Shown here: piece by piece, positions 51,001 to 64,000 of the stretch
Position numbering within the stretch: the stretch's first letter is position 1
Layout: every line of letters starts with the position of its first letter
Assembly: GCF_009914755.1 (NCBI RefSeq)
Contig: NC_060926.1
Reading direction: 5' to 3' (one strand)
Length of the DNA stretch: 64,000 nt
DNA from: the human T2T-CHM13v2.0 reference genome, Homo sapiens
The notes under the pieces: model-generated
Seen by the model: the letters and a program-made list of their open reading frames with translations, nothing else
What the model was told of the DNA's origin: nothing
Database searches by the model: none
Made by a program: the position numbers and the translations under genes

Positions 51001-53120
51001 GAGCGTTTTCAAGACTACGGTGAAAAAGGAAATATCTTCCAAATAAAGCTAGATAGAAGCAATGTCAGAAAATTGTTCATGATGTATCTACTCAGCTAAC
51101 AGAGTTGAACCTTTCTTTTGAGAGAGCAGTTTTGAAACACTCTTTTTGTGGAATCTGCAAGTGGATATTTGTCTAGCTTTGAGGATTTCGTTGGAAACGG
51201 GATTACATATAAAAAGCAGACAGCAGCATTCCCAGAAACTTCTTTGTGATGTTTGCATTCAAGTCACAGAGTTGAACATTCCCTTTCATAGAGCAGGTTT
51301 GAAAAACTCTTTTTGTAGTATCTGGATGTGGACATTTGGAGCGCTTTCAGGCCTATGGTGAAAAAGGAAATATCTTCCCCTGAAAACTAGACAGAAGCAT
51401 TCTCAGAATCTTATTTGTGATGTGCGCCCTCAACTAACAGTGTTGAAGCTTTCTTTTGATAGAGCAGTTTTGAAACACTCTTTTTGTAAAATCTGCAAGA
51501 GGATATTTGGATAGCTTTGAGGATTTCGTTGGAAACGGTTTTGTCTTCATATAAACTCTAGACAGAAGCATTCTCAGAAGCTTCATTGCGATGTTTCAAT
51601 TGAAGTCACAGTGTTGAACAGTCCCTTTCATAGAGCAGGTTTGAAAAACTCTTTTTGTAGTATCTGGAAGTGGACATTTGGAGCGCTCTCAGGAATACGG
51701 TGAAAAAGGAAATATCTTCCAATAAAAGCTAGATAGAAGCAATGTCAGAAACACTTTCATGATGTATCTACTCAGCTAACAGAGTTGTAACTTTCTTTTG
51801 AGAGAGCAGTTTTGAAACACTCTTTTTGTGGAATCTGCAAGTGGATATTTGTCTAGCTTTGAGGATTTCGTTGGAAACGGGATTACATATAAAAAGCAGA
51901 CTGCAGCATTCCCAGAAACTTCTTTGTGATGTTTGCATTCAAGTCACAGAGTTGAACATTCCCTTTCATAGAGCAGGTTTGAAACACTCTTTTTGTAGTA
52001 TCTGGATGTGGACCTTTGGAGCGCTTTCAGGCCTATGGTGAAAAAGGAAATATCTTCCCCTGAAAACTAGACAGAAGCATTCTCAGAATCTTATTTGTGA
52101 TGTGCGCCCTCAACTAACAGTGTTGAAGCTTTCTTTTGATAGAGCAGTTTTGAAACACTCTTTTTGTAAAATCTGCAAGAGGATATTTGGATAGCTTTGA
52201 GGATTTCGTTTGAAACGGGATTGTCTTCATATAAACTCTAGACAGAAGCATTCTCAGAAGCTTCATTGGGATGTTTCAATTGAAGTCACAGTGTTGAACA
52301 GTCCCTTTCATAGAGCAGGTTTGAAACACTCTTTTTGTAGTATCTGGAAGTGGACATTTGGAGCGCTCTCAGGACTACGGTGAAAAAGGAAATATCTTCC
52401 AATAAAAGCTAGATAGAAGCAATGTCAGAAACATTTTCATGATGTATCTACTCAGCTAACAGAGTTGAACCTTTCTCTTGAGAGAGAAGTTTTGAAACCC
52501 ACTTTTGGTGGAATCTGCAAGTGGATATTTGTCTAGCTTTGAGGATTTCGTTGAAAACGGGATTACATATAAAAAGCAGACAGTAGCATTCCCAGAAACT
52601 TCTTTGTGATGTTTGCATTCAAGTCACAGAGTTGAACATTCCCTTTCATAGAGCAGGTTTGAAACACTCTTTTTGTAGTATCTGGATGTGGACATTTGGA
52701 GCGCTTTCAGGCCTATGGTGAAAAAGGAAATATCTTCCCCTGAAAACTAGACAGAAGCATTCTCAGAATCTTATTTGTGATGTGCGCACTCAACTAACAG
52801 TGTTGAAGCTTTCTTTTGATAGAGCAGCTTTGAAACACTCTTTTTGTAAAATCTGCAAGAGGATATTTGGATAGCTTTGAGGATTTCGTTGGAAACGGGA
52901 TTGTCTTCATATAAACTCTAGACAGAAGCATTCTCAGAAGCTTCATTGGGATGTTTCAATTGAAGTCACAGTGTTGAACAGTCCCTTTCATAGAGCAGGT
53001 TTGAAACACTCTTTTTGTAGTATCTGGAAGTGGACATTTGGAGCGCTCTCAGGACTACGGTGAAAAAGGAAATATCTTCCAATAAAAGCTAGATAGAAGC
53101 AATGTCAGAAACATTTTCAT
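48030..53120 (+). repeat. Copy 1 of a long duplicated block (partner at +10,881/10,880 bp = 16 HORs)
   Basis: Private variants in the same order as in 58910-64000: ctctatacag, gaacctgcaa, tgcgcgcc, ggatattagg, ttcggtggaaatggga, caggattatg, gccgtcaagt, tgagacactc, gcgttttcaagac, aaacggttttg, gacctttgg, acttttggtg, ttgaaaacgg. Confidence 0.93.
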
Positions 53121-56100
53121 GATGTATCTACTCAGCTAACAGAGTTGAACCTTTCTCTTGAGAGAGCAGTTTTGAAACCCTCTTTTGGTGGAATCTGCAA
53201 GTGGATATTTGTCTAGCTTTGAGGATTTCGTTGGAAACGGGATTACATATAAAAAGCAGACAGCAGCATTCCCAGAAACTTCTTTGTGATGTTTGCATTC
53301 AAGTCACAGAGTTGAACATTCCCTTTCATAGAGCAGGTTTGAAACACTCTTTTTGTAGTATCTGGATGTGGACATTTGGAGCGCTTTCAGGCCTATGGTG
53401 AAAAAGGAAATATCTTCCCCTGAAAACTAGACAGAAGCATTCTCAGAATCTTATTTGTGATGTGCGCACTCAACTAACAGTGTTGAAGCTTTCTTTTGAT
53501 AGAGCAGTTTTGAAACACTCTTTTTGTAAAATCTGCAAGAGGATATTTGGATAGCTTTGAGGATTTCGTTGGAAACGGGATTGTCTTCATATAAACTCTA
53601 GACAGAAGCATTCTCAGAAGCTTCATTGGGATGTTTCAATTGAAGTCACAGTGTTGAACAGTCCCTTTCATAGAGCAGGTTTGAAACACTCTTTTTGTAG
53701 TATCTGGAAGTGGACATTTGGAGCGCTCTCAGGACTACGGTGAAAAAGGAAATATCTTCCAATAAAAGCTAGATAGAAGCAATGTCAGAAACATTTTCAT
53801 GATGTATCTACTCAGCTAACAGAGTTGAACCTTTCTTTTGAGAGATCAGTTTTGAAACACTCTTTTTGTGGAATCTGCAAGTGGATATTTGTCTAGCTTT
53901 GAGGATTTCGTTGGAAACGGGATTACATATAAAAAGCAGACAGCAGCATTCCCAGAAACTTCTTTGTGATGTTTGCATTCAAGTCACAGAGTTGAACATT
54001 CCCTTTCATAGAGCAGGTTTGAAACACTCTTTTTGTAGTATCTGGATGTGGACATTTGGAGCGCTTTCAGGCCTATGGTGAAAAAGGAAATATCTTCCCC
54101 TGAAAACTAGACAGAAGCATTCTCAGAATCTTATTTGTGATGTGCGCCCTCAACTAACAGTGTTGAAGCTTTCTTTTGATAGAGGAGTTTTGAAACACTC
54201 TTTTTGTAAAATCTGCAAGAGGATATTTGGATAGCTTTGAGGATTTCGTTGGAAACGGGATTGTCTTCATATAAACTCTAGACAGAAGCATTCTCAGAAG
54301 CTTCATTTGGGATGTTTCAATTGAAGTCACAGTGTTGAACAGTCCCTTTCATAGAGCAGGTTTGAAACACTCTTTTTGTAGTATCTGGAAGTGGACATTT
54401 TGAGCGCTCTCAGGACTACGGTGAAAAACAAAATATCTTCCAATAAAAGCTAGATAGAAGCAATGTCAGAAACATTTTCATGATGTATCTACTCAGCTAA
54501 CAGAGTTGAACCTTTCTTTTGAGAGAGCAGTTTTGAAACACTCTTTTTGTGGAATCTGCAAGTGGATATTTGTCTAGCTTTGAGGATTTCGTTGGAAACG
54601 GGATTACATATAAAAAGCAGACAGCAGCATTCCCAGAAACTTCTTTGTGATGTTTGCATTCAAGTCACAGAGTTGAACATTCCCTTTCATAGAGCAGGTT
54701 TGAAACACTCTTTTTGTAGTATCTGGATGTGGACATTTGGAGCGCTTTCAGGCCTATGGTGATAAAGGAAATATCTTCCCCTGAAAACTAGACAGAAGCA
54801 TTCTCAGAATCTTATTTGTGATGTGCGCCCTCAACTAACAGTGTTGAAGCTTTCTTTTGATAGAGCAGTTTTGAAACACTCTTTTTGTAAAATCTGCAAG
54901 AGGATATTTGGATAGCTTTGAGGATTTCGTTGGAAACGGGATTGTCTTCATATAAACTCTAGACAGAAGCATTCTCAGAAGCTTCATTGGGATGTTTCAA
55001 TTGAAGTCACAGTGTTGAACAGTCCCTTTCATAGAGCAGGTTTGAAAAACTCTTTTTGTAGTATCTGGAAGTGGACATTTGGAGCGCTCTCAGGAATACG
55101 GTGAAAAAGGAAATATCTTCCAATAAAAGCTAGATAGAAGCAATGTCAGAAACACTTTCATGATGTATCTACTCAGCTAACAGAGTTGTAACTTTCTTTT
55201 GAGAGAGCAGTTTTGAAACCCTCTTTTTGTGGAATCTGCAAGTGGATATTTGTCTAGCTTTGAGGATTTCGTTGGAAACGGGATTACATATAAAAAGCAG
55301 ACTGCAGCATTCCCAGAAACTTCTTTGTGATGTTTGCATTCAAGTCACAGAGTTGAACATTCCCTTTCATAGAGCAGGTTTGAAACACTCTTTTTGTAGT
55401 ATCTGGATGTGGACCTTTGGAGCGCTTTCAGGCCTATGGTGAAAAAGGAAATATCTTCCCCTGAAAACTAGACAGAAGCATTCTCAGAATCTTATTTGTG
55501 ATGTGCGCACCCAACTAACAGTGTTGAAGCTTTCTTTTGATAGAGCAGCTTTGAAACACTCTTTTTGTAAAATCTGCAGGAGGATATTTGGATAGCTTTG
55601 AGGATTTCGTTGGAAACGGGATTGTCTTCATATAAACTCTAGACAGTAGCATTCTCAGAAGCTACATTGGGATGTTTCAATTGAAGTCACAGTGTTGAAC
55701 AGTCCCTTTCATAGAGCAGGTTTGAAACACTCTTTTTGTAGTATCTGGAAGTGGACATTTGGAGCGCTCTCAGGACTACGGTGAAAAAGGAAATATCTTC
55801 CAATAAAAGCTAGATAGAAGCAATGTCAGAAACATTTTCATGATGTATCTACTCAGCTAACAGAGTTGAACCTTTCTTTTGAGAGAGCAGTTTTGAAACA
55901 CTCTTTTTGTGGAATCTGCAAGTGGATATTTGTCTAGCTTTGAGGATTTCGTTGGAAACGGGATTACATATAAAAAGCAGACAGCAGCATTCCCAGAAAC
56001 TTCTTTGTGATGTTTGCATTCAAGTCACAGAGTTGAACATTCCCTTTCATAGAGCAGGTTTGAAACTCTCTTTTTGTAGTATCTGGATGTGGACATTTGG

Positions 56101-58909
56101 AGCGCTTTCAGGCCTATGGTGAAAAAGGAAATATCTTCCCCTGAAAACTAGACAGAAGCATTCTCAGAATCTTATTTGTGATGTGCGCCCTCAACTAACA
56201 GTGTTGAAGCTTTCTTTTGATAGAGCAGTTTTGAAACACTCTTTTTGTAAAATCTGCAAGAGGATATTTGGATAGCTTTGAGGATTTCGTTGGAAACGGG
56301 ATTGTCTTCATATAAACTCTAGACAGAAGCATTCTCAGAAGCTTCATTGGGATGTTTCAATTGAAGTCACAGTGTTGAACAGTCCCTTTCATAGAGCAGG
56401 TTTGAAAAACTCTTTTTGTAGTATCTGGAAGTGGACACTTGGAGCGCTCTCAGGAATACGGTGAAAAAGGAAATATCTTCCAATAAAAGCTAGATAGAAG
56501 CAATGTCAGAAACACTTTCATGATGTATCTACTCAGCTAACAGAGTTGAAACTTTCTTTTGAGAGAGCAGTTTTGAAACATTCTTTTTGTGGAATCTGCA
56601 AGTGGATATTTTTCTAGCTTTGAGGATTTCGTTGGAAACGGGATTACATATAAAAAGCAGACAGCAGCATTCCCAGAAACTTCTTTGTGATGTTTGCATT
56701 CAAGTCACAGAGTTGAACATTCCCTTTCATAGAGCAGGTTTGAAACACTCTTTTTGTAGTATCTGGATGTGGACATTTGGAGCGCTTTCAGGCCTATGGT
56801 GAAAAAGGAAATATCTTCCCCTGAAAACTAGACAGAAGCATTTTCAGAATCTTATTTGTGATGTGCGCCCTCAACTAACAGTGTTGAAGCTTTCTTTTGA
56901 TAGAGCAGTTTTGAAACACTCTTTTTGTAAAATCTGCAAGAGGATATTTGGATAGCTTTGAGGATTTCGTTTGAAACGGGATTGTCTTCATATAAACTCT
57001 AGACAGAAGCATTCTCAGAAGCTTCACTGCGATGTTTCAATTGAAGTCACAGTGTTGAACAGTCCCTTTCATAGAGCAGGTTTGAAACACTCTTTTTGTA
57101 GTATCTGGAAGTGGACATTTGGAGCGCTCTCAGGACTACGGTGAAAAAGGAAATATCTTCCAATAAAAGCTAGATAGAAGCAATCTCAGAAACTTTTTCA
57201 TGATGTATCTACTCAGCTAACAGAGTTGAACCTTTCTTTTGGGAGAGCAGTTTTGAAACACTCTTTTTGTGGAATCTGCAAGTGGATATTTGTCTAGCTT
57301 TGAGGATTTCGTTGGAAACGGCATTACATATAAAAAGCAGACAGCAGCATTCCCAGAAACTTCTTTGTGATGTTTGCTTTCAAGTCACAGAGTTGAACAT
57401 TCCCTTTCATAGAGCAGGTTTGAAACACTCTTTTTGTAGTATCTGGATGTGGACATTTGGAGCGCTTTCAGGCCTATGGTGAAAAAGGAAATATCTTCCC
57501 CTGAAAACTAGACAGAAGCATTCTCAGAAACTTATTTGTGATGTGCGCCCTCAACTAACAGTGTTGAAGCTTTCTTTTGATAGAGCAGTTTTGAAACACT
57601 CTTTTTGTAAAATCTGCAAGAGGTTATTTGGATAGCTTTGAGGATTTCGTTGGAAACGGGATTGTCTTCATATAAACTCTAGACAGTAGCATTCTCAGAA
57701 GCTTCATGGGGATGTTTCAACTGAAGTCACAGTGTTGAACAGTCCCTTTCATAGAGCAGGTTTGAAACACTCTTTTTGTAGTATCTGGAAGTGGACATTT
57801 GGAGCGCTCTCAGGACTACGGTGAAAAAGGAAATATCTTCCAATAAAAGCTAGATAGAAGCAATGTCAGAAACTTTTTCATGATCTATCTACTCAGCTAA
57901 CAGAGTTGAACCTTTCTTTTGAGACAGCAGTTTTGAAACACTCTTTTGGTGGAATCTGCAAGTGGATATTTGTCTAGCTTTGAGGATTTCGTTGGAAACG
58001 GGATTACATATAAAAAGCAGACAGCAGCATTCCCAGAAATTTCTTAGTGATGTTTGCATTCAAGTCACAGAGTTGAACATTCCCTTTCATAGAGCAGGTT
58101 TGAAACACTCTTTTTGTAGTATCTGGATGTGGACATTTGGAGCGCTTTCAGGCCTATGGTGAAAAAGGAAATATCTTCCCCTGAAAACTAGACAGAAGCA
58201 TTCTCAGAATCTTATTTGTGATGTGCGCCCTCAACTAACAGTGTTGAAGCTTTCTTTTGATAGAGCAGTTTTGAAACACTCTTTTTGTAAAATCTGCAAG
58301 AGGATATTTGGATAGCTTTGAGGATTTCGTTGGAAACGGGATTGTCTTCATATAAACTCTAGACAGAAGCATTCTCAGAAGCTTCATTGGGATGTTTCAA
58401 TTGAAGTCACAGTGTTGAACAGTCCCTTTCATAGAGCAGGTTTGAAACACTCTTTTTGTAGTATCTGGAAGTGGACATTTGGAGCGTTCTCAGGACTACG
58501 GTGAAAAAGGAAATATCTTCCAATAAAAGCTAGATAGAAGCAATGTCAGAAACTTTTTCATGATCTATCTACTCAGCTAACAGAGTTGAACCTTTCTTTT
58601 GAGACAGCAGTTTTGAAACACTCTTTTGGTGGAATATGCAAGTGGATATTTGTCTAGCTTTGAGGATTTCGTTGGAAACGGGATTACATATAAAAAGCAG
58701 ACAGCAGCATTCCCAGAAACTTCTTTGTGATGTTTGCATTCAAGTCACAGAGTTGAACATTCCCTTTCATAGAGCAGGTTTGAAACACTCTTTTTGTAGT
58801 ATTTGGATGTGGACATTTGGAGCGCTTTCAGGCCTATGGTGAAAAAGGAAATATCTTCCCCTGAAAACTAGACAGAAGCATTCTCAGAATCTTATTTGTG
58901 ATGTGCACC

Positions 58910-61900
58910 CTCAACTAACAGTGTTGAAGCTTTCTTTTGATAGAGCAGTTTTGAAACACTCTTTTTGTAAAATCTGCAAGAGGATATTTGGATAGCTTTG
59001 AGGATTTCGTTGGAAACGGGATTGTCTTCATATAAACTCTATACAGAAGCATTCTCAGAAGCTTCATTGGGATGTTTCAATTGAAGTCACAGTGTTGAAC
59101 AGTCCCTTTCATAGAGCAGGTTTGAAACACTCTTTTTGTACTATCTGGAAGTGGACATTTGGAGCGCTCTCAGGACTACGGTGAAAAAGGAAATATCTTC
59201 CAATAAAAGCTAGATAGAAGCAATGTCAGAAAATTTTTCATGATCTATCTACTCAGCTAACAGAGTTGAACCTTTCTTTTGAGAGAGCCGTTTTGAAACA
59301 CTCTTTTTGTGGAACCTGCAAGTGGATATTTGTCTAGCTTTGAGGATTTCGTTGGAAACGGGATTACATATAAAAAGCAGACAGCAGCATTCCCAGAAAC
59401 TACTTTGTGATGTTTGCATTCAAGTCACAGAGTTGAACATTCCCTTTCATAGAGCAGGTTTGAAACACTCTTTTTGTAGTATCTGGATGTGGACATTTGG
59501 AGCGCTTTCAGGCCTATGGTGAAAAAGGAAATATCTTCCCCTGAAAACTAGACAGAAGCATTCTCAGAAACTTTTTTGTGATGCGCGCCCTCAACTAACA
59601 GTGTTGAAGCTTTCTTTTGATAGAGCAGTTTTGAAACACTCTTTTTGTAAAATCTGCAAGAGGATATTAGGATAGCTTTGAGGATTTCGGTGGAAATGGG
59701 ATTGTCTTCATATAAACTCTAGACAGTAGCATTCTCAGAAGCTTCATTGGGATGTTTCAATTGAAGTCACAGTGTTGAACATTCCCTTTCATAGAGCAGG
59801 TTTGAAACACTCTTTTTGTAGTATCTGGAAGTGGAAATTTGGAGCGCTCTCAGGACTACGGTGAAAAAGGAAATATCTTCCAATAAAAGCTAGATAGAAG
59901 CAATGTCAGAAACTTTTTCATGATGTATCTACTCAGCTAACAGAGTTGAACATTTTTTCTGAGAGAGCAGTTTTGAAACACTCTTTTTGTGGAATCTGCA
60001 GGTGGATATTTGTCTAGCTTTCAGGATTATGTTGGAAACGGGATTACATATAAAAAGCAGACAGCAGCATTCCCAGAAACTTCTTTGTGATGTTTGCATT
60101 CAAGTCACAGAGTTGAACATTCCCTTTCATAGAACAGGTTTGAAACACTCTTTTTGTAGTATCTGGATGTGGACATTTGGAGCGCTTTCAGGCCTATGGT
60201 GAAAAAGGAAGTATCTTCCCCTGAAAACTAGACAGAAGCATTCTCAGAAACTTATTTGTGATGTGCGCCGTCAAGTAACAGTGTTAAACCTTTCTTTTGA
60301 TAGAGTAGTTTTGAAACACTCTTTTTGTAAAATCTGCAAGAGGATATTTGGATAGCTTTGAGGATTTCGTTGGAAACGGGATTGTCTTCATATAAAATCT
60401 AGACAGAAGCATTCTCAGAAGCTTCATTGGGATGTTTCAATTGAAGTCACAGTGTTGAACAGTCCCTTTCATAGAGCAGGTTTGAAACACTCTTTTTGTA
60501 GTATCTGGAAGTGGACATTTGGAGCGTTCTGAGGACTACGGTGAAAAAGGAAATATCTTCCAATAAAAGCTAGATAGAAGCAATGTCAGAAACTTTTTCA
60601 TGACGTATCTACTCAGCTAACAGTGTTGAACCTTTCTTTTGAGAGAGCCGTTTTGAAACACTCTTTTTGTGGAATCTGCAAGTGGATATTTGTCTAGCTT
60701 TGAGGATTTCGTTGGAAACGGGATTACTATAAAAAGCAGACAGCAGCATTCCCAGAAACTTCTTTGTGATGTTTGCATTCAAGTCACAGAGTTGAACATT
60801 CCCTTTCATAGAGCAGGTTTGAAACACTCTTTTTGTAGTATCTGGATGTGGACATTTGGAGCGCTTTCAGGCCTATGGTGAAAAAGGAAGTATCTTCCCC
60901 TGAAAACTAGACAGAAGCATTCTCAGAAACTTATTTGTGATGTGCGCCCTCAACTAACAGTGTTGAAGCTTTCTTTTGATAGAGCAGTTTTGAGACACTC
61001 TTTTTGTAAAATCTGCAAGAGGATATTTGGATAGCTTTGAGGATTTCGTTGGAAACGGGATTGTCTTCATATAAACTCTAGACAGAAGCATTCTCAGAAG
61101 CTTCATTGGGATGTTTCAATTGAAGTCACAGTGTTGAACAGTCCCTTTCATAGAGCAGGTTTGAAACACTCTTTTTGTAGTATCTGGAAGTGGACATTTG
61201 GAGAGTTCTCAGGAATACGGTGAAAAAGGAAATATCTTCCAATAAAAGCTAGATAGAAGCAATGTCAGAAACTTTTTCATGATGTATCTACTCAGCTAAC
61301 AGAGTTGAACCTTTCTTTTGAGAGAGCAGTTTTGAAACACTCTTTTTGTGGAATCTGCAAGTGGATATTTGTCTAGCTTTGAGGATTTCGTTGGAAACGG
61401 GATTACATATAAAAAGCAGACAGCAGCATTCCCAGAAACTTCTTTGTGATGTTTGCATTCAAGTCACAGAGCTGAACATTCCCTTTCATAGAGCAGGTTT
61501 GAAACTCTCTTTTTGTAGTATCTGGATGTGGACATTTGGAGCGCTTTCAGGCCTATGGTGAAAAAGGAAATATCTTCCCCTGAAAACTAGACAGAAGCAT
61601 TCTCAGAAACTTATTTGTGATGTGCGCCCTCAACTAACAGTGTTGAACTTTTCTTTTGATAGAGCAGTTTTGAAACACTCTTTTTGTAAAATCTGCAAGA
61701 GGATATTTGGATAGCTTTGAGGATTTCGTTTGAAACGGGATTGTCTTCATATAAAATCTAGTCAGAAGCATTCTCAGAAGCTTCATTGGGATGTTTCAAT
61801 TGAAGTCACATTGTTGAACAGTCCCTTTCATAGAGCATGTTTGAAACACTCTTTTTGTAGTATCTGGAAGTTGACATTTGGAGCGTTTTCAAGACTACGG

Positions 61901-64000
61901 TGAAAAAGGAAATATCTTCCAAATAAAGCTAGATAGAAGCAATGTCAGAAAATTGTTCATGATGTATCTACTCAGCTAACAGAGTTGAACCTTTCTTTTG
62001 AGAGAGCAGTTTTGAAACACTCTTTTTGTGGAATCTGCAAGTGGATATTTGTCTAGCTTTGAGGATTTCGTTGGAAACGGGATTACATATAAAAAGCAGA
62101 CAGCAGCATTCCCAGAAACTTCTTTGTGATGTTTGCATTCAAGTCACAGAGTTGAACATTCCCTTTCATAGAGCAGGTTTGAAACACTCTTTTTGTAGTA
62201 TCTGGATGTGGACATTTGGAGCGCTTTCAGGCCTATGGTGAAAAAGGAAATATCTTCCCCTGAAAACTAGACAGAAGCATTCTCAGAATCTTATTTGTGA
62301 TGTGCGCCCTCAACTAACAGTGTTGAAGCTTTCTTTTGATAGAGCAGTTTTGAAACACTCTTTTTGTAAAATCTGCAAGAGGATATTTGGATAGCTTTGA
62401 GGATTTCGTTGGAAACGGTTTTGTCTTTATATAAACTCTAGACAGAAGCATTCTCAGAAGCTTCATTGGGATGTTTCAATTGAAGTCACAGTGTTGAACA
62501 GTCCCTTTCATAGAGCAGGTTTGAAAAACTCTTTTTGTAGTATCTGGAAGTGGACATTTGGAGCGCTCTCAGGAATACGGTGAAAAAGGAAATATCTTCC
62601 AATAAAAGCTAGATAGAAGCAATGTCAGAAACATTTTCATGATGTATCTACTCAGCTAACAGAGTTGTAACTTTCTTTTGAGAGAGCAGTTTTGAAACAC
62701 TCTTTTTGTGGAATCTGCAAGTGGATATTTGTCTAGCTTTGAGGATTTCGTTGGAAACGGGATTACATATAAAAAGCAGACTGCAGCATTCCCAGAAACT
62801 TCTTTGTGATGTTTGCATTCAAGTCACAGAGTTGAACATTCCCTTTCATAGAGCAGGTTTGAAACACTCTTTTTGTAGTATCTGGATGTGGACCTTTGGA
62901 GCGCTTTCAGGCCTACGGTGAAAAAGGAAATATCTTCCCCTGAAAACTAGACAGAAGCATTCTCAGAATCTTATTTGTGATGTGCGCCCTCAACTAACAG
63001 TGTTGAAGCTTTCTTTTGATAGAGCAGTTTTGAAACACTCTTTTTGTAAAATCTGCAAGAGGATATTTGGATAGCTTTGAGGATTTCGTTTGAAACGGGA
63101 TTGTCTTCATATAAACTCTAGACAGAAGCATTCTCAGAAGCTTCATTGGGATGTTTCAATTGAAGTCACAGTGTTCAACAGTCCCTTTCATAGAGCAGGT
63201 TTGAAACACTCTTTTTGTAGTATCTGGAAGTGGACATTTGGAGCGCTCTCAGGACTACGGTGAAAAAGGAAATATCTTCCAATAAAAGCTAGATAGAAGC
63301 AATGTCAGAAACATTTTCATGATGTATCTACTCAGCTAACAGAGTTGAACCTTTCTCTTGAGAGAGAAGTTTTGAAACCCACTTTTGGTGGAATCTGCAA
63401 GTGGATATTTGTCTAGCTTTGAGGATTTCGTTGAAAACGGGATTACATATAAAAAGCAGACAGTAGCATTCCCAGAAACTTCTTTGTGATGTTTGCATTC
63501 AAGTCACAGAGTTGAACATTCCCTTTCATAGAGCAGGTTTGAAACACTCTTTTTGTAGTATCTGGATGTGGACATTTGGAGCGCTTTCAGGCCTATGGTG
63601 AAAAAGGAAATATCTTCCCCTGAAAACTAGACAGAAGCATTCTCAGAATCTTATTTGTGATGTGCGCACTCAACTAACAGTGTTGAAGCTTTCTTTTGAT
63701 AGAGCAGCTTTGAAACACTCTTTTTGTAAAATCTGCAAGAGGATATTTGGATAGCTTTGAGGATTTCGTTGGAAACGGGATTGTCTTCATATAAACTCTA
63801 GACAGAAGCATTCTCAGAAGCTTCATTGGGATGTTTCAATTGAAGTCACAGTGTTGAACAGTCCCTTTCATAGAGCAGGTTTGAAACACTCTTTTTGTAG
63901 TATCTGGAAGTGGACATTTGGAGCGCTCTCAGGACTACGGTGAAAAAGGAAATATCTTCCAATAAAAGCTAGATAGAAGCAATGTCAGAAACATTTTCAT
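58910..64000 (+). repeat. Copy 2 of the long duplicated block; continues past the window end
   Basis: ORF pairs 48426/59307, 49106/59987, 50466/61346, 51826/62706. A 1-bp deletion near 60727 shifts the offset from 10881 to 10880. Confidence 0.93.

Larger units (their letters stand above)
1..64000 (+). repeat. Alpha-satellite HOR array, 680-bp tetramer, SF2-type, about 94 copies; most likely human chromosome 2 D2Z1 (S2C2H1L)
   Basis: Seen: ~171-bp alphoid monomers (cattctcagaaactt...gatagagcagttttgaaacactctttttgta...) in strict 680-bp register, with ORF-track starts at 494, 1174 ... 62706 stepping by 680 +/-1. CENP-B boxes occur in alternate monomers and an XbaI site (tctaga) in most HORs. 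Established: D2Z1 is a 680-bp XbaI tetramer of SF2. The alpha-satellite call is certain; the chromosome assignment is from recall (about 0.85). Confidence 0.98.

Noticed and set aside
397-60827. Scattered minus-strand ORFs
   Set aside because: These are antisense translations of the satellite that appear or vanish with single SNVs.
494-62921. Repeated 71-aa ORF 'MWNLQVDICLALRISLETGLHIKSRQQ...' every 680 bp, resembling a tandem gene family
   Set aside because: It is the chance open frame across monomers c-d. It starts at TTG inside a T-run, is freely broken by stops and frameshifts, and has no recognisable domain.
1-64000. CRISPR-like array or a novel prokaryotic/defence system
   Set aside because: There are no unique spacers, cas genes or any coding DNA; the sequence is canonical alpha-satellite.
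1-64000. L1/Alu insertion or inversion in the array
   Set aside because: The 680-bp register is continuous apart from the 338-bp variant and 1-bp indels, and I saw no reverse-orientation monomers or poly-A tails.

Overview
The whole 64 kb is one uninterrupted, single-orientation array of primate (almost certainly human) centromeric alpha-satellite. It holds about 94 copies of a 680-bp 4-monomer higher-order repeat (HOR; monomers of 171+171+167+171 bp), with CENP-B-box monomers alternating with pJ-alpha-site monomers, as in suprachromosomal family 2. Period, organisation and remembered sequence best fit D2Z1 (S2C2H1L), the chromosome 2 HOR. I see no genes, transposons, inversions or non-satellite DNA, and all listed ORFs are artefacts of the repeat, so there is no novel protein-coding system. 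The interesting signal is the array's internal history: (i) an out-of-register 3,737-bp tandem duplication that created a hybrid monomer and a 338-bp 2-mer variant; (ii) in-register duplications of 1,360, 2,040 and about 10,880 bp; (iii) a switch near 41-43 kb from a divergent haplotype domain, where about half the HORs carry a core mutation in one CENP-B box, to a more homogeneous domain with mostly intact boxes; (iv) a 180-bp cluster of 11 substitutions next to the 10.9-kb duplication start. All comparisons were made by eye, and counts and breakpoints are approximate unless stated.
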